Shown here: in pieces, positions 30,192 through 42,533 of the stretch
Layout: each line of letters begins with the position of its first letter
Position numbering within the stretch: position 1 is the stretch's first letter
Translations under genes and position numbers: made by a program
NCBI GenBank assembly: GCA_049967655.1
Contig: JBMFSH010000005.1
Span: forward strand, 59,774 to 123,773
Length of the DNA stretch: 64,000 nt
Reading direction: 5' to 3'
Source: Acidobacteriota bacterium
GTDB taxonomy: Bacteria; Acidobacteriota; UBA4820; DSQY01
Notes under the pieces: model-generated
Told to the model about the DNA's origin: nothing
What the model saw: the letters and a program-made list of their open reading frames with translations, nothing else
Database searches by the model: none

Positions 30192-31853
30192 TTGAGCAGC
30201 GCGGGATGGATCGAGGCGGAAGGCTGGCAGGATTGGGCCCGTGAGGCCGCGGTGCGCCTCGGTGTGAGCGAGACCTTGGCCATGCTCCTGTCCCGGCGTT
30301 CGTGGGACAACGGAGATCTGGAATCCTTCCTGAGGCCGGATGACGTGCCCTGGCCCGATCCCCTGCGAATCCCGAGCATGGCCGAAGCCGCCGCCCGGAT
30401 CAAGGCGGCCATAGGCGATCGCCGCGCGGTCCTCATTCACGGAGACTACGACGTGGATGGGCTCATGGGGACGGCGGTCCTGATGGGGGGACTCAAGGCC
30501 CTGGGAGGCAAAGTGGAGGCCTTCATTCCCTCCCGCTTCGAGGGCGGGTATGGCCTCTCGGAGGCGAGCCTCGAAGCGGTGCGGCAGAGCGGCGCATCCC
30601 TGCTGGTGACCACCGACTGCGGAACGAACTCGCGAGAAATTGGCGAAGAGCTCGCCGCGAGGGGCGTGGAGGTCATCGTCACGGACCACCATCGCCCCGC
30701 CGAGGGGCAGCAGCCCCCGGCCCTCGTGGTGAACCCTCACCTGGTGCCGGATCACCCGGACCGGAGTCTGTGCGGCACCTTCGTCGCCCTGCAGACGCTT
30801 CGGCAGGTGGCGGCCGAACTGGGGCGGGATCTTCCCTTGGAACCCTTTCTCCGCCTGACGGCCATCGCCACCGTGGCGGATCTGGTTCCCATGTCGGCCG
30901 TCAACCGCAGGGCCTGCAAGGCCGGCTTCCGCGCCATGGAGTTCACGCCCAGCCCCGGCCTCGCCCTCCTGCTGGAAAAGGCCGGCATCAGGGAGGTCAT
31001 CCGAAGCCACCACATCGCCTTCCACGTGGCTCCCAGGTTCAACGCGGCCGGTCGCATGGAGGACGCACGGCTCGTGTTGGATCTCCTCCTGGAGCGGGAA
31101 CAGGTCAGGGCGGCCCACCTCATGGGGCGCCTGGAGAGCCTGAACCGCAAGCGCAAGGCCCTGCAAGCCTCGACCTACGAGGAGGCCTGCGGCCAGGTGC
31201 TGGAGGCGGCGGGAGGCCGGGTCGTCTTCGTCTTCTCCGACCAGTGGCACCGCGGCATCATCGGACCCGTGGCCGCGCGCCTGGCCGAGACTTTCCAGCG
31301 CAGCGCCTTCGTGGTGGCCGTCGAGGGGGGGGAGGGTGTGGGCTCGGCGCGGAGCTGGAACCACGACGACGTCTGCTCGCTCCTCGATCGCGTCGGGCAC
31401 CTCCTGGTGCGCTACGGCGGGCACGAGGGCGCGGCTGGTTTCACGGTCAAAGCGGAGCGCCTGGATGAGGTGGCCGGTATTCTCCGAACGCTTCCCGCTC
31501 AGGACGAGCCCTCCTCCAGGAGGGATGTCTACTACCCCATCGAGCCCGGACTGCTCTCCCAAGCCTGGGAGGCCTGGGGGGAGCTGGATCCCTTCGGGCC
31601 GGGCAACGAGGAGCCGATCCTCGGCGTCACCGGCCTTTACGCGAGGGGCCAGAGGGTCGTGGGGAACCGGCACCTGCTGTGGAGCGCGATCCTGCCCGAC
31701 GGCCAGCCGCTCAACGTGATCGCATGGGATGGAGTGCCCCGGGGCATGGAGCCATCCGCCCTCACGCCTTCCCGTATGGTCATCGGCCGTCCCGCTCCCG
31801 ACTCCCGTCCGGGCGGGCTGCCCTTCTATCTGAACGTCCAAGCCATCCTCTGA
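30192..31853 (+). CDS. recJ: ssDNA exonuclease RecJ
   Basis: GDYDVDG, TDCG, TDHH, PRFNAAGR, GGHEGAAG. Confidence 0.93.
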   Translation: MSSAGWIEAEGWQDWAREAAVRLGVSETLAMLLSRRSWDNGDLESFLRPDDVPWPDPLRIPSMAEAAARIKAAIGDRRAVLIHGDYDVDGLMGTAVLMGGLKALGGKVEAFIPSRFEGGYGLSEASLEAVRQSGASLLVTTDCGTNSREIGEELAARGVEVIVTDHHRPAEGQQPPALVVNPHLVPDHPDRSLCGTFVALQTLRQVAAELGRDLPLEPFLRLTAIATVADLVPMSAVNRRACKAGFRAMEFTPSPGLALLLEKAGIREVIRSHHIAFHVAPRFNAAGRMEDARLVLDLLLEREQVRAAHLMGRLESLNRKRKALQASTYEEACGQVLEAAGGRVVFVFSDQWHRGIIGPVAARLAETFQRSAFVVAVEGGEGVGSARSWNHDDVCSLLDRVGHLLVRYGGHEGAAGFTVKAERLDEVAGILRTLPAQDEPSSRRDVYYPIEPGLLSQAWEAWGELDPFGPGNEEPILGVTGLYARGQRVVGNRHLLWSAILPDGQPLNVIAWDGVPRGMEPSALTPSRMVIGRPAPDSRPGGLPFYLNVQAIL

Positions 31854-31940
31854 TCTGAAGGACAGGGCAGCGAGCACCTTCCGCAGGGCGCTCGCGCGCG
31901 GTGTGGTACACTTTTCTTCGATTGATGGAGAGGTCTCACC

Positions 31941-34670
<2,730 letters not shown>

Positions 34671-34786
34671 GGGAAGAGACCGCGAGGCGGCGAACCTCCC
34701 GTCGCCCGCAGGCGCCGGAAAAACGCAGCGGACGCCGGTGCCATCGGACCGGCGCCCGCTCACCTCATCCCAACCCGCGACGCCGT

Positions 34787-36571
34787 CTACTCGCTTCCCA
34801 GCTTGGGCATGCTGTGCCGCATCTTATGGAGTTGAAGCTCGAGGAGCGCCTTCTCCATGGCCAGCCCGGCCTGGGTCATGAAGATCTCCACGCCCGTCAG
34901 ATCCTCGATGGGAGAGCCGGACAACGCGTTGTCGCCGTAGAGGACGGCGATCACCCTTCCCCGACTGACCATGGGGATGGCCGCCATCTCCTGGGGCTTA
35001 TGCGCTCCCAAGGCCATGGCGTAATCGCTGTCGGCCTGCGTGTAAGCACCCTGGAGGCGAAGCACCGTGGAGCGCTGCTGGGCAGCCGCGTCGAAGATGG
35101 AGGCGGTCCCGACGGGGACTTTGAGCCTGCGGACCTTCTCCATCATCTTCTCCGTGTCTCCCGTCTCCCCAAAGCCGCCCAGGCCTACGATGAGATCCCT
35201 TTTGACGAGGAAGAGAACCGCACGTTCGAAATACTCGGCGGCCAGTCTCAGGACCAGGAGCGATATCTCGCTGGACTCCCTGGGGCTGGCCAGTTCCCCC
35301 ATGAGCCCTTTGAGCAGGCCGAGCTGGTCTCGGACTCGGTAGCCCTGGCTGACGGCCTCGGCTCCCAGGTCGCGGAAGAAGGTTACCACCTCCTCCTCCA
35401 CCTCGACGGGGGGCAAGAACTTCTCGATCTGGCTGACCAGCTCCGTCGAGAACCCGTCCAGGGATTTCTCGAACTGGTCCACGCGCAGATGGGCCAACCC
35501 GGGCTTCGGAACAATGGCGGCGGCTCCTCTGCTCCTTGCTACGTCTAGAATCCCCTCGTCTTCGAGGTCGCTCATCAGGATGACCTTGACCTGCGGGAAG
35601 CGTACCGAGGAGGCTTCGAGGATCTCTAAGCCCCCGAGGTAGCCCTCGCCGTTCTGAGTGGGCATGAGGAGGTCCACCAGCGCGAGAAAGGGCTGGTGGT
35701 CCTGGAGGTAGTGGTTGCAGGCCTCAAGGTACTCGGCCAGCGACCCCACGGCCTCAACGTGGGCAAAGCGGTCAAGAAGCCTCCGGCGCAAGAGGTTTTT
35801 GAAGATGGATTCGTCCGTGGCGAGTAGGACGTGGGCCCTGTTTTTTGCCCAGGACGTACGGCCGGCGTGGCTGGATTCGAGCGCGGTCCGCTCCGCCGGC
35901 TGCTCCTCCCGCCGGAGGGCGGGCTTGATCTGAGCGCCTGAGGCGGCGGCCGTGACCCGTGCCGGCGCCTCGACCTTGAGGGTGGGGGTGCTTGGCACCT
36001 TGGTCGGTGGGGGCGTCGCCGCTCTCTCTTTCTCCGGAAGATGGGGAGTGGGGCCGGAGAGCCAATCGGCCATGGAGGCCTCGGCCATGGTCTGGGTCAG
36101 GAGGTTCTGGGGCGAAACGGCCTTGGCGAGAGGGCTGAAGGCTTGGGGCGCATCAGCTCCTGGGGTATCTCCCGCCTCGGTCAGGGCAAAGGAGAACTCG
36201 CCCGAGGATTGCTGCGTCAAGAGTTTTAGGCGACCTGCCAATTCGATGCGACGGGCCTGATCGAGGAGTCGCGGGTTGAGAGCGCCCGTATCGGACAAAC
36301 GTTTAAGGATTCCGCGCGGATCGCCCCCACCCCTGGCGCGGGCCTCCCTGATCTCCTCCGCGTCCACGAGGCCGTGCGCTTCAAAGAAGTCCAGGAAGAC
36401 CATCTCGTCGAAGTCACCCACGATATCCAGGACGTTCCCACCGCTGAAATAGACGAACGCGCGCGCCACCGCCGGCGTCGTCAGGCGAAGCACGCCGCTC
36501 CGCCGCGACACGTTGACGATCTGCAGGATGTCCAGGAGGGAGAGATCCTCCAGGCTGCCCACCAAACTCAT
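34787..36571 (-). CDS. DUF4388 (PatA-N-like) + receiver + GAF multidomain signalling protein
   Basis: N-terminal SLVGSLEDLSLLDILQ; REC VDLLMP...ILMS...KP; C-terminal GAF IPMVSRGRVIAVLYGDN. Confidence 0.82.
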   Translation of the reverse strand: MSLVGSLEDLSLLDILQIVNVSRRSGVLRLTTPAVARAFVYFSGGNVLDIVGDFDEMVFLDFFEAHGLVDAEEIREARARGGGDPRGILKRLSDTGALNPRLLDQARRIELAGRLKLLTQQSSGEFSFALTEAGDTPGADAPQAFSPLAKAVSPQNLLTQTMAEASMADWLSGPTPHLPEKERAATPPPTKVPSTPTLKVEAPARVTAAASGAQIKPALRREEQPAERTALESSHAGRTSWAKNRAHVLLATDESIFKNLLRRRLLDRFAHVEAVGSLAEYLEACNHYLQDHQPFLALVDLLMPTQNGEGYLGGLEILEASSVRFPQVKVILMSDLEDEGILDVARSRGAAAIVPKPGLAHLRVDQFEKSLDGFSTELVSQIEKFLPPVEVEEEVVTFFRDLGAEAVSQGYRVRDQLGLLKGLMGELASPRESSEISLLVLRLAAEYFERAVLFLVKRDLIVGLGGFGETGDTEKMMEKVRRLKVPVGTASIFDAAAQQRSTVLRLQGAYTQADSDYAMALGAHKPQEMAAIPMVSRGRVIAVLYGDNALSGSPIEDLTGVEIFMTQAGLAMEKALLELQLHKMRHSMPKLGSE

Positions 36572-37740
36572 GGCACGCTCCGCAAGCCCCGCGCCCCACC
36601 GTTTCGACTATAGAATACTAGACTGCGCTTGTCCATCGGACCGAGCCTTATCAGGGCTTCCAGCGGAGCGCCTCCGGTGGGATGCAACACGAGCCGGTAT
36701 CGTCCCGGCTCCAGGTCGCGGAAAAAGAAGTTGCCCTCCCAGAGGGGCATGGAGGTGGAGGCGCCGCCGCCCATGAGCTCCGCCCGGCCGGTGAGGGGGG
36801 CATCCATGGGGCCGAGCAGTTTTCCCGACACCAGGGTCCCCGTGAATGAGGACTGCTCGGGACGCTTCCAGAGCACGCACGATTTCCCAGGGGCGGGCTC
36901 GTAGAAGAGGCGGTCGCGAAAATCCAGGCGCGTCAGGGTTGCGCCCGTGTACCTGGCGAGCGTGCCTACGGAAAGGCCCTCTCCGGTTCTGAGGACGATA
37001 TACTCCGCCGACACCCAGCCGGAGGACCTCAGGGCATCGCAATAGACACGGTTCGCCTCACCGTAATCGATTTCGATCCAGGCGTGCAACATGCCCCCTT
37101 CCAGGCGGACGGAGGAGGCACCCGAAGGGAGGAGGATCCCCACGACCTCTCGACTCTGGATGCCCAGCGCGTTGAGGATGGCGCAGGCGGCCGCGGTGAG
37201 GCCCACGCAGGAGGCCTTGCCGCTCTCGAAGATCTTTGGGAGGCTCTCGGTGAAATCCGGTCTGCTCGCGTAGCGCAGGTGGGTCCGAAGGTAGAGCAGG
37301 ACCGCTTCCACGGCCTCATCCGCCCGTTGGCAGCCGGCCAGCGATTTCTGAAGGCCGCGCGCGGCCTCCGGCGGCAAGCCCAGGCCGCGCGGCAAGGGGC
37401 CAGGACGGAAGGGAATTCGAACGCGCAGAGGTGGGGCCGAAACGTGCACCTCAATGCGGTAGCCGCTCGACGTGTGGTCCACGGTCTGCTGGTAGCCGTT
37501 GATGTCCACCCCCGGTGGAACGGGAGCTTGGGGAGCATCCAGGAGATATTGTCCTTGCTGTTGCCCAAACACCCACCCGTACCCTTCGGCACGAAGGGGT
37601 TCAGCGGCCTGTGCGCTCAGTGCCGGATGGCTGGCCGCCGCGAGGAAGATCAGGAGAATGCAGAACCGCGTCCAGTACGCCGTTGAGGAAGCGGGAGGAT
37701 TCCTCGCCTCCGAACTTCTTGCCGATTTCCACGGCTTCAT
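36568..37740 (-). CDS. Exported transglutaminase-like domain protein
   Basis: Triad ASCVG / HAWIE / D; hydrophobic signal-like segment; start uncertain because it overlaps nusB. Confidence 0.75.
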   Translation of the reverse strand: MKPWKSARSSEARNPPASSTAYWTRFCILLIFLAAASHPALSAQAAEPLRAEGYGWVFGQQQGQYLLDAPQAPVPPGVDINGYQQTVDHTSSGYRIEVHVSAPPLRVRIPFRPGPLPRGLGLPPEAARGLQKSLAGCQRADEAVEAVLLYLRTHLRYASRPDFTESLPKIFESGKASCVGLTAAACAILNALGIQSREVVGILLPSGASSVRLEGGMLHAWIEIDYGEANRVYCDALRSSGWVSAEYIVLRTGEGLSVGTLARYTGATLTRLDFRDRLFYEPAPGKSCVLWKRPEQSSFTGTLVSGKLLGPMDAPLTGRAELMGGGASTSMPLWEGNFFFRDLEPGRYRLVLHPTGGAPLEALIRLGPMDKRSLVFYSRNGGARGLRSVP

Positions 37741-38050
37741 TGATGGCCACCTTCCCGGGGACTTCCGGATCAAAGCACATCTCGTAGACGGCCATGCGCA
37801 GGAGGCCGCGGTCTGTTCGGGTGAGGCGCTCCAGCTTCCAGTGCGTCAAGTGGGCGGAGATAAGGCGGTCCACCTCATCCTTCTGGGCCCACACGCCTCG
37901 AACCAGCTGCCGGGCGAACTGCTTGACCCGACTGGAGGCCTTTCGCTCCTGGCCGATGGAGGCCTCCACGGAGGCGATGTCCTCCACCCCGAGATCCAGC
38001 TGGTAGAGGTAGGTGAGGGCCAACTCCCTGCCCTCGCGGCGAATGCCCAT
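37601..38050 (-). CDS. nusB: Transcription antitermination factor NusB
   Basis: RREGRELAL..LYQ, DRGLLRMAVYE, INEAVEIGKKFG, FLNGVLD. Confidence 0.95.
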   Translation of the reverse strand: MGIRREGRELALTYLYQLDLGVEDIASVEASIGQERKASSRVKQFARQLVRGVWAQKDEVDRLISAHLTHWKLERLTRTDRGLLRMAVYEMCFDPEVPGKVAINEAVEIGKKFGGEESSRFLNGVLDAVLHSPDLPRGGQPSGTERTGR

Positions 38051-38514
38051 CACAGCGCCTTGTAGAGGTTCGCCATCTCGATGGCGGCCATGGCGGCATC
38101 GAAGCCTTTGTTGCCCGCCTTGGTGCCGGACCGCTCGATGGCCTGCTCCAGAGTGTCCGTGGTGATGACCCCGAAGGCCACCGGAAGGTTGGTCTCGAGC
38201 GCCGAGGCAGCGAGGCCCTTGGCGACCTCCGCGGCGATGTACTCGAAATGGGGCGTATTGCCGCGAATGAGCGCACCCAGGGCGATGACGGCATCGAACT
38301 TGCCGCTGGCGGCCATCCTCTTGGCGACCATGGGCAATTCAAACCCTCCGGGCACCCAGGCTACGGTCACGGATTTCTCGTCGCCGCCATGGCGCACGAT
38401 GCAGTCCAGCGCACCGTCGAGCAGTTTCTTGGAAAAGAACTCGTTGAACCGGCTGACCACGATCCCGAACGAAAGCCCCTTGGCCGACAGGGCCCCCTCC
38501 AGCGTCTTCACCAT
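38050..38514 (-). CDS. ribH: 6,7-dimethyl-8-ribityllumazine synthase
   Basis: [27 protein letters not shown]. Confidence 0.97.
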   Translation of the reverse strand: MVKTLEGALSAKGLSFGIVVSRFNEFFSKKLLDGALDCIVRHGGDEKSVTVAWVPGGFELPMVAKRMAASGKFDAVIALGALIRGNTPHFEYIAAEVAKGLAASALETNLPVAFGVITTDTLEQAIERSGTKAGNKGFDAAMAAIEMANLYKAL

Positions 38515-38579
38515 GGCGTCCTCCATTCATCGTCCCGGGTTGCAGAACTCCCGGTCCGGCTTTGACTCGCTCCTGCGCT

Positions 38580-39491
38580 TCAGAGATCCCCAAATTCCGT
38601 CAAACGCCGGAAACTCCGGTACCTCTCGTCGATCTCCTGGCGGGAGAGGGAAGCCAGGCGGGCCGTGGAAAAGTCCTCCACGTTGTAGGAGGCCATGACG
38701 CTCCCCATGATGACGGCTTGGCGGAACGCTTCTGGCTCCAGGTTCCCGTTCCCCGCGAGGTAGCCGATGAAACCCCCGGCGAAGGAGTCACCCGCTCCCG
38801 TGGGATCGAACACCGATTCCAGAGGGTAGGCGGGGGCCGCGAAGACGGAGTCGTCGGTGATCTTCAAGACCCCGTACTCCCCGCGCTTGACGATCAGCAT
38901 CTTGGGCCCGTAGGAGAGGATGCGGTGTCCGGCGCGCAGCAGGTTGTACTCTCCCGTCAGCTGGCGGACCTCCGCCTCGTTGACCACGAGGATGTGGACC
39001 CGGGCCAGAAGATCCAGAAGCTCCCCGCGCTTCTGCTCAATCCAGTAGTTCATGGTGTCCGCAGCCACCACCTTGGGCGCCGTGATCTGGTCGAGGGTCT
39101 TCATCTGGATCTCGGGATCCATATTGGCCAGAAAGATGTAGGGAACGTCGCGGAGGTGTTCGGGCACGATGGGATCGAAGCTCTGGAGAACGTTGAGATC
39201 CGTGCGCAGGGTGACCGCGGTATTGAGGTCGAATCCGTATTCGCCCTGCCAGTGGAAGCAGTGGCCGCCGGGGATGGTGAAGAGTCCAGATAAGTCAACT
39301 TTATGCTGAACTAGCAATTCTCGGTCACTATCATTAAAGTCTTCACCTACCACTCCAAGAATGGCCACCTCCGTGAAGTAGGAGGCCGCCAAGGCGCAAT
39401 AGGTGGCCGATCCGCCCAGCGCCTGGTCTCGCTGGCCGAAGGGAGTTTTTACGGTGTCGTAGGCCACCGTTCCGAGTACCAGCAACTTCAT
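38580..39491 (-). CDS. PfkB family carbohydrate/nucleoside kinase
   Basis: GGSATY, NEAE, DPTGAGDSFAGG; start MKLLVLG overlaps mtnP stop. Confidence 0.92.
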   Translation of the reverse strand: MKLLVLGTVAYDTVKTPFGQRDQALGGSATYCALAASYFTEVAILGVVGEDFNDSDRELLVQHKVDLSGLFTIPGGHCFHWQGEYGFDLNTAVTLRTDLNVLQSFDPIVPEHLRDVPYIFLANMDPEIQMKTLDQITAPKVVAADTMNYWIEQKRGELLDLLARVHILVVNEAEVRQLTGEYNLLRAGHRILSYGPKMLIVKRGEYGVLKITDDSVFAAPAYPLESVFDPTGAGDSFAGGFIGYLAGNGNLEPEAFRQAVIMGSVMASYNVEDFSTARLASLSRQEIDERYRSFRRLTEFGDL

Positions 39492-40363
39492 CGTAACCCT
39501 CTCTTTTCTTCCAGCCTTTGGAGTAGGGGCCGAAGCCGGTGATAGGTCTCTTCCGGCCAACGGTCCCTGGCGGTCACGACGGCGTGTTCCAGCGCCCGCT
39601 GGCAGGGGCAGCCCTGCGGGGGGGGGAGGCTTGCGACGGTGGCCAGGACCGCCTGGGCGTTCTCGGCATTCTGATTCAGGACCTTGAGCACGTCCTGGAT
39701 GGCCACGGAGTCGTGGTCCGGGTGCCAGCAGTCGTAGTCGGTGACGAGGGCCAGGGTGGCGTAGCAAATCTCGGCTTCTCTGGCGAGCTTGGCCTCCTGG
39801 AGGTTGGTCATTCCGATGACGTCCATGCCCCAGGCCCGATAGAGGTTGCTCTCGGCCCGAGTGGAGAACTGCGGGCCCTCCATGCAGAGATAGGTGCCCC
39901 GCTCGTGCACCGGCATGTTCTTCTCGCGGCAGGCCGCCACCAACCGGCGTCGAAGCTCCGGACAGAAGGGATCGGCGAAGCCGGCGTGGGCCACGATGCC
40001 GTCGCCGAAGAAGGTGTCGGGGCGGTGGCGCGTCCTGTCCACGAGTTGATCCGGAACCACCATGTTGCCTGGTGACAGCTCCTGTTTGAGACTTCCCACC
40101 GCGGAGGCCGAGAGGATGGCCGTGGCCCCCAGGAGCTTGAAGCCGTATATGTTGGCACGGAAATTGACTTCGGAGGGCAGGATTCGGTGGCCCTCGCCGT
40201 GCCGGGCGAGAAAGGCCACGCGCCGGCCGGCCAGAGTTCCCAACACGTAAGCGTCGGATGGCTCCCCGAAAGGGGTGCGCAGGGTGACGCGCCCGGCGAT
40301 CTCCAGCCCGGCCATGTGGTACAACCCTGAGCCGCCGATGATTCCGTAGTCTACGGAGTCCAT
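39488..40363 (-). CDS. mtnP: S-methyl-5'-thioadenosine phosphorylase
   Basis: GIIGGSG, RHGEGH, EGPQFSTRAES, TDYDCW. Confidence 0.95.
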   Translation of the reverse strand: MDSVDYGIIGGSGLYHMAGLEIAGRVTLRTPFGEPSDAYVLGTLAGRRVAFLARHGEGHRILPSEVNFRANIYGFKLLGATAILSASAVGSLKQELSPGNMVVPDQLVDRTRHRPDTFFGDGIVAHAGFADPFCPELRRRLVAACREKNMPVHERGTYLCMEGPQFSTRAESNLYRAWGMDVIGMTNLQEAKLAREAEICYATLALVTDYDCWHPDHDSVAIQDVLKVLNQNAENAQAVLATVASLPPPQGCPCQRALEHAVVTARDRWPEETYHRLRPLLQRLEEKRGLR

Positions 40364-40475
40364 GTGCTCCTCACAGGCCAGACAGCATAGCATAGGAACC
40401 CACGGCGGCAGAAGGCGCTGGGCCCCGACCCGCGGTGTGTGCTTTATCCGCCGGGCGCACCGCTGTCTAGGCTCC

Positions 40476-40504
40476 TTGACACTCCAGCCATGGCTCCCTA
40501 AAAT
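40476..40504 (+). promoter_or_regulatory. sigma70 promoter of aconitase
   Basis: TTGACA-17 bp-TAAAAT. Confidence 0.8.
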
Positions 40505-40553
40505 AATCGTCCGCCCCGAGTCGGGGGACCCAGATAATGCTAAGGAGGCAACG

Positions 40554-42482
40554 ATGGGTGAGAACCTAGTGCAGAAGATCCTCGGCAGCCACCTGGTCGC
40601 GGGCGACCTTCACCAGGGAGACGAAATCGCCATCCGGGTGGACCAGACCCTCACCCAGGACGCCACGGGGACCATGGCTTATCTTCAGTTCGAAACCATG
40701 GGCATCCCGAAGGTCAAGACCGAGCTGTCGGTGTCGTACGTAGACCACAACACCCTCCAGGTGGGCTTCGAGAACGCCGACGACCACCGCTACCTGCAGA
40801 CCGTCGCCGCCCACCACGGCATCTATTACAGCAAAGCCGGCAACGGGATCTGCCACCAGGTCCACCTGGAGCGCTTCGGCGCACCGGGCAAGACCCTACT
40901 GGGCTCGGACAGCCACACCCCCACGGCGGGAGGGATCGGCATGATCGCCATCGGCGTAGGTGGGTTGGACGTGGCGGTGGCCATGGGGGGAGGGGCCTTC
41001 TACATGCCTAGACCGAAGGTGGTCAAGGTCCACCTGACGGGCAAATTCACCCCCTTCGTGTCGGCCAAGGACGTGATCCTCAAGCTGCTTTCGATTATGA
41101 CCACGAAGGGGAACGTGGGCAAGATCGTGGAGTACGCCGGCCCCGCCCTGGCCCACCTCTCGGTGCCCGAACGCGCCACCATCACCAACATGGGCGCCGA
41201 GCTAGGCGTGACCACCTCTGTCTTCCCGAGCGACGAGCAGACCCTCTCTTTCCTGAAGGCCCAACGGCGCGAGTCCGTGTACAAGCCGCTCTCGGCCGAC
41301 GCGGACGCGGCCTACGACGAGGTGATCGAGATCGACCTCTCCAAGCTCCAGTCCATGGTGGCGCAGCCGCACAGCCCCGACAACGTGGCCACCGTGGCCA
41401 GCCTCAAGGGCAAGCGGGTGAATCAGGTCTGCATCGGTTCCTGCACCAACTCCTCCCTACGAGACCTGGCGGTCGTGGCCCAGATGCTCAAGGGGCGCCA
41501 CGTGCACCCCGACGTGGAACTGGTGATCGCGCCCGGAAGCCGGCAGGTGGAGATGGAGGCCTCGCAACGCGGCTTCATGACCATCTTTCTCCAGGCGGGA
41601 GCCCGGATCGCCGAGACGGCGTGCGGCTTCTGCATCGGCTCGGGTCACGCGCCAGGCTCCGGTGAGGTATCGGTCCGCTCGAACAACCGAAACTTCAAGG
41701 GGCGCTCCGGTACGGCCGATGCCATGGTCTTCCTGGCCAGTCCCGAGACCTGCGTGGCGTGCGCGCTGACGGGGGCGTTCACCGAACCCTGCGATCTGGG
41801 AATCGCTCCGCCAGCCTTCGATCTCCCCGAGAGCTTCATGATTGATGACTCCATGGTGCTGGCTCCTGTGCCGGACGGTTCGGCCGTCGAGGTGATCCGC
41901 GGGCCCAACATCGGCGCTCCACCCAAAACCGAGCCCCTGCCGGACCGCATCGAGAAGAGCGTGCTGCTGAAGGTGGGCGACAAGATCACCACGGACCACA
42001 TCATGCCCGCGGGACAGTTCCTCAAGTACCGCTCCAACATCCCCAAGTACGCCGAGGTGGTCTTCAACGGCGTGGACCCGACCTTCCCCAAGCGGGCGCT
42101 GGACGCCGGCGGCGGCTTCGTGGTGGGAGGCGACTCCTACGGCCAGGGCTCATCCCGAGAGCACGCCGCCATCTGCCCCAGCTACCTCGGGGTCAAGGCC
42201 GTCTTCGCCAAGGCCATTGAGCGGATCCACAAGGCCAACCTGGTGAATTTCGGCATCCTCCCGCTCGTTTTCGAGAATGCGGCCGATTATGACCGCATTG
42301 AGCAGGGAGATACGTTCGTTCTGGAGGGGATCCACTCCTCCCTCCTCGGGGATCGTGTTCTGACCGTCAAGGATGTGACGCGCAATTTCGAGTTCCGCGT
42401 GAAGGCGGACGTCACTCAACGGCAGGCACTGATTCTGAAGGACGGCGGGTTGTTAAACCACATCGCCCTGGGAGGCAAATAG
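40554..42482 (+). CDS. Aconitate hydratase (short type)
   Basis: TQDATG, DHN, GSDSHT, GSCTN, CGFCIG, TTDHI, GSSREHAA; SD TAAGGAGG. Confidence 0.95.
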   Translation: MGENLVQKILGSHLVAGDLHQGDEIAIRVDQTLTQDATGTMAYLQFETMGIPKVKTELSVSYVDHNTLQVGFENADDHRYLQTVAAHHGIYYSKAGNGICHQVHLERFGAPGKTLLGSDSHTPTAGGIGMIAIGVGGLDVAVAMGGGAFYMPRPKVVKVHLTGKFTPFVSAKDVILKLLSIMTTKGNVGKIVEYAGPALAHLSVPERATITNMGAELGVTTSVFPSDEQTLSFLKAQRRESVYKPLSADADAAYDEVIEIDLSKLQSMVAQPHSPDNVATVASLKGKRVNQVCIGSCTNSSLRDLAVVAQMLKGRHVHPDVELVIAPGSRQVEMEASQRGFMTIFLQAGARIAETACGFCIGSGHAPGSGEVSVRSNNRNFKGRSGTADAMVFLASPETCVACALTGAFTEPCDLGIAPPAFDLPESFMIDDSMVLAPVPDGSAVEVIRGPNIGAPPKTEPLPDRIEKSVLLKVGDKITTDHIMPAGQFLKYRSNIPKYAEVVFNGVDPTFPKRALDAGGGFVVGGDSYGQGSSREHAAICPSYLGVKAVFAKAIERIHKANLVNFGILPLVFENAADYDRIEQGDTFVLEGIHSSLLGDRVLTVKDVTRNFEFRVKADVTQRQALILKDGGLLNHIALGGK

Positions 42483-42487
42483 ATAGT

Positions 42488-42519
42488 CCCGCGGCGACAG
42501 AATTCACGGTCGCCGCGGG
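42488..42519. terminator. Hairpin between convergent aconitase and DMT genes
   Basis: CCCGCGGCGAC ... GTCGCCGCGGG 11-bp stem; no clear U-tract. Confidence 0.5.
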
Positions 42520-42533
42520 GGGCCAACCCCCGG

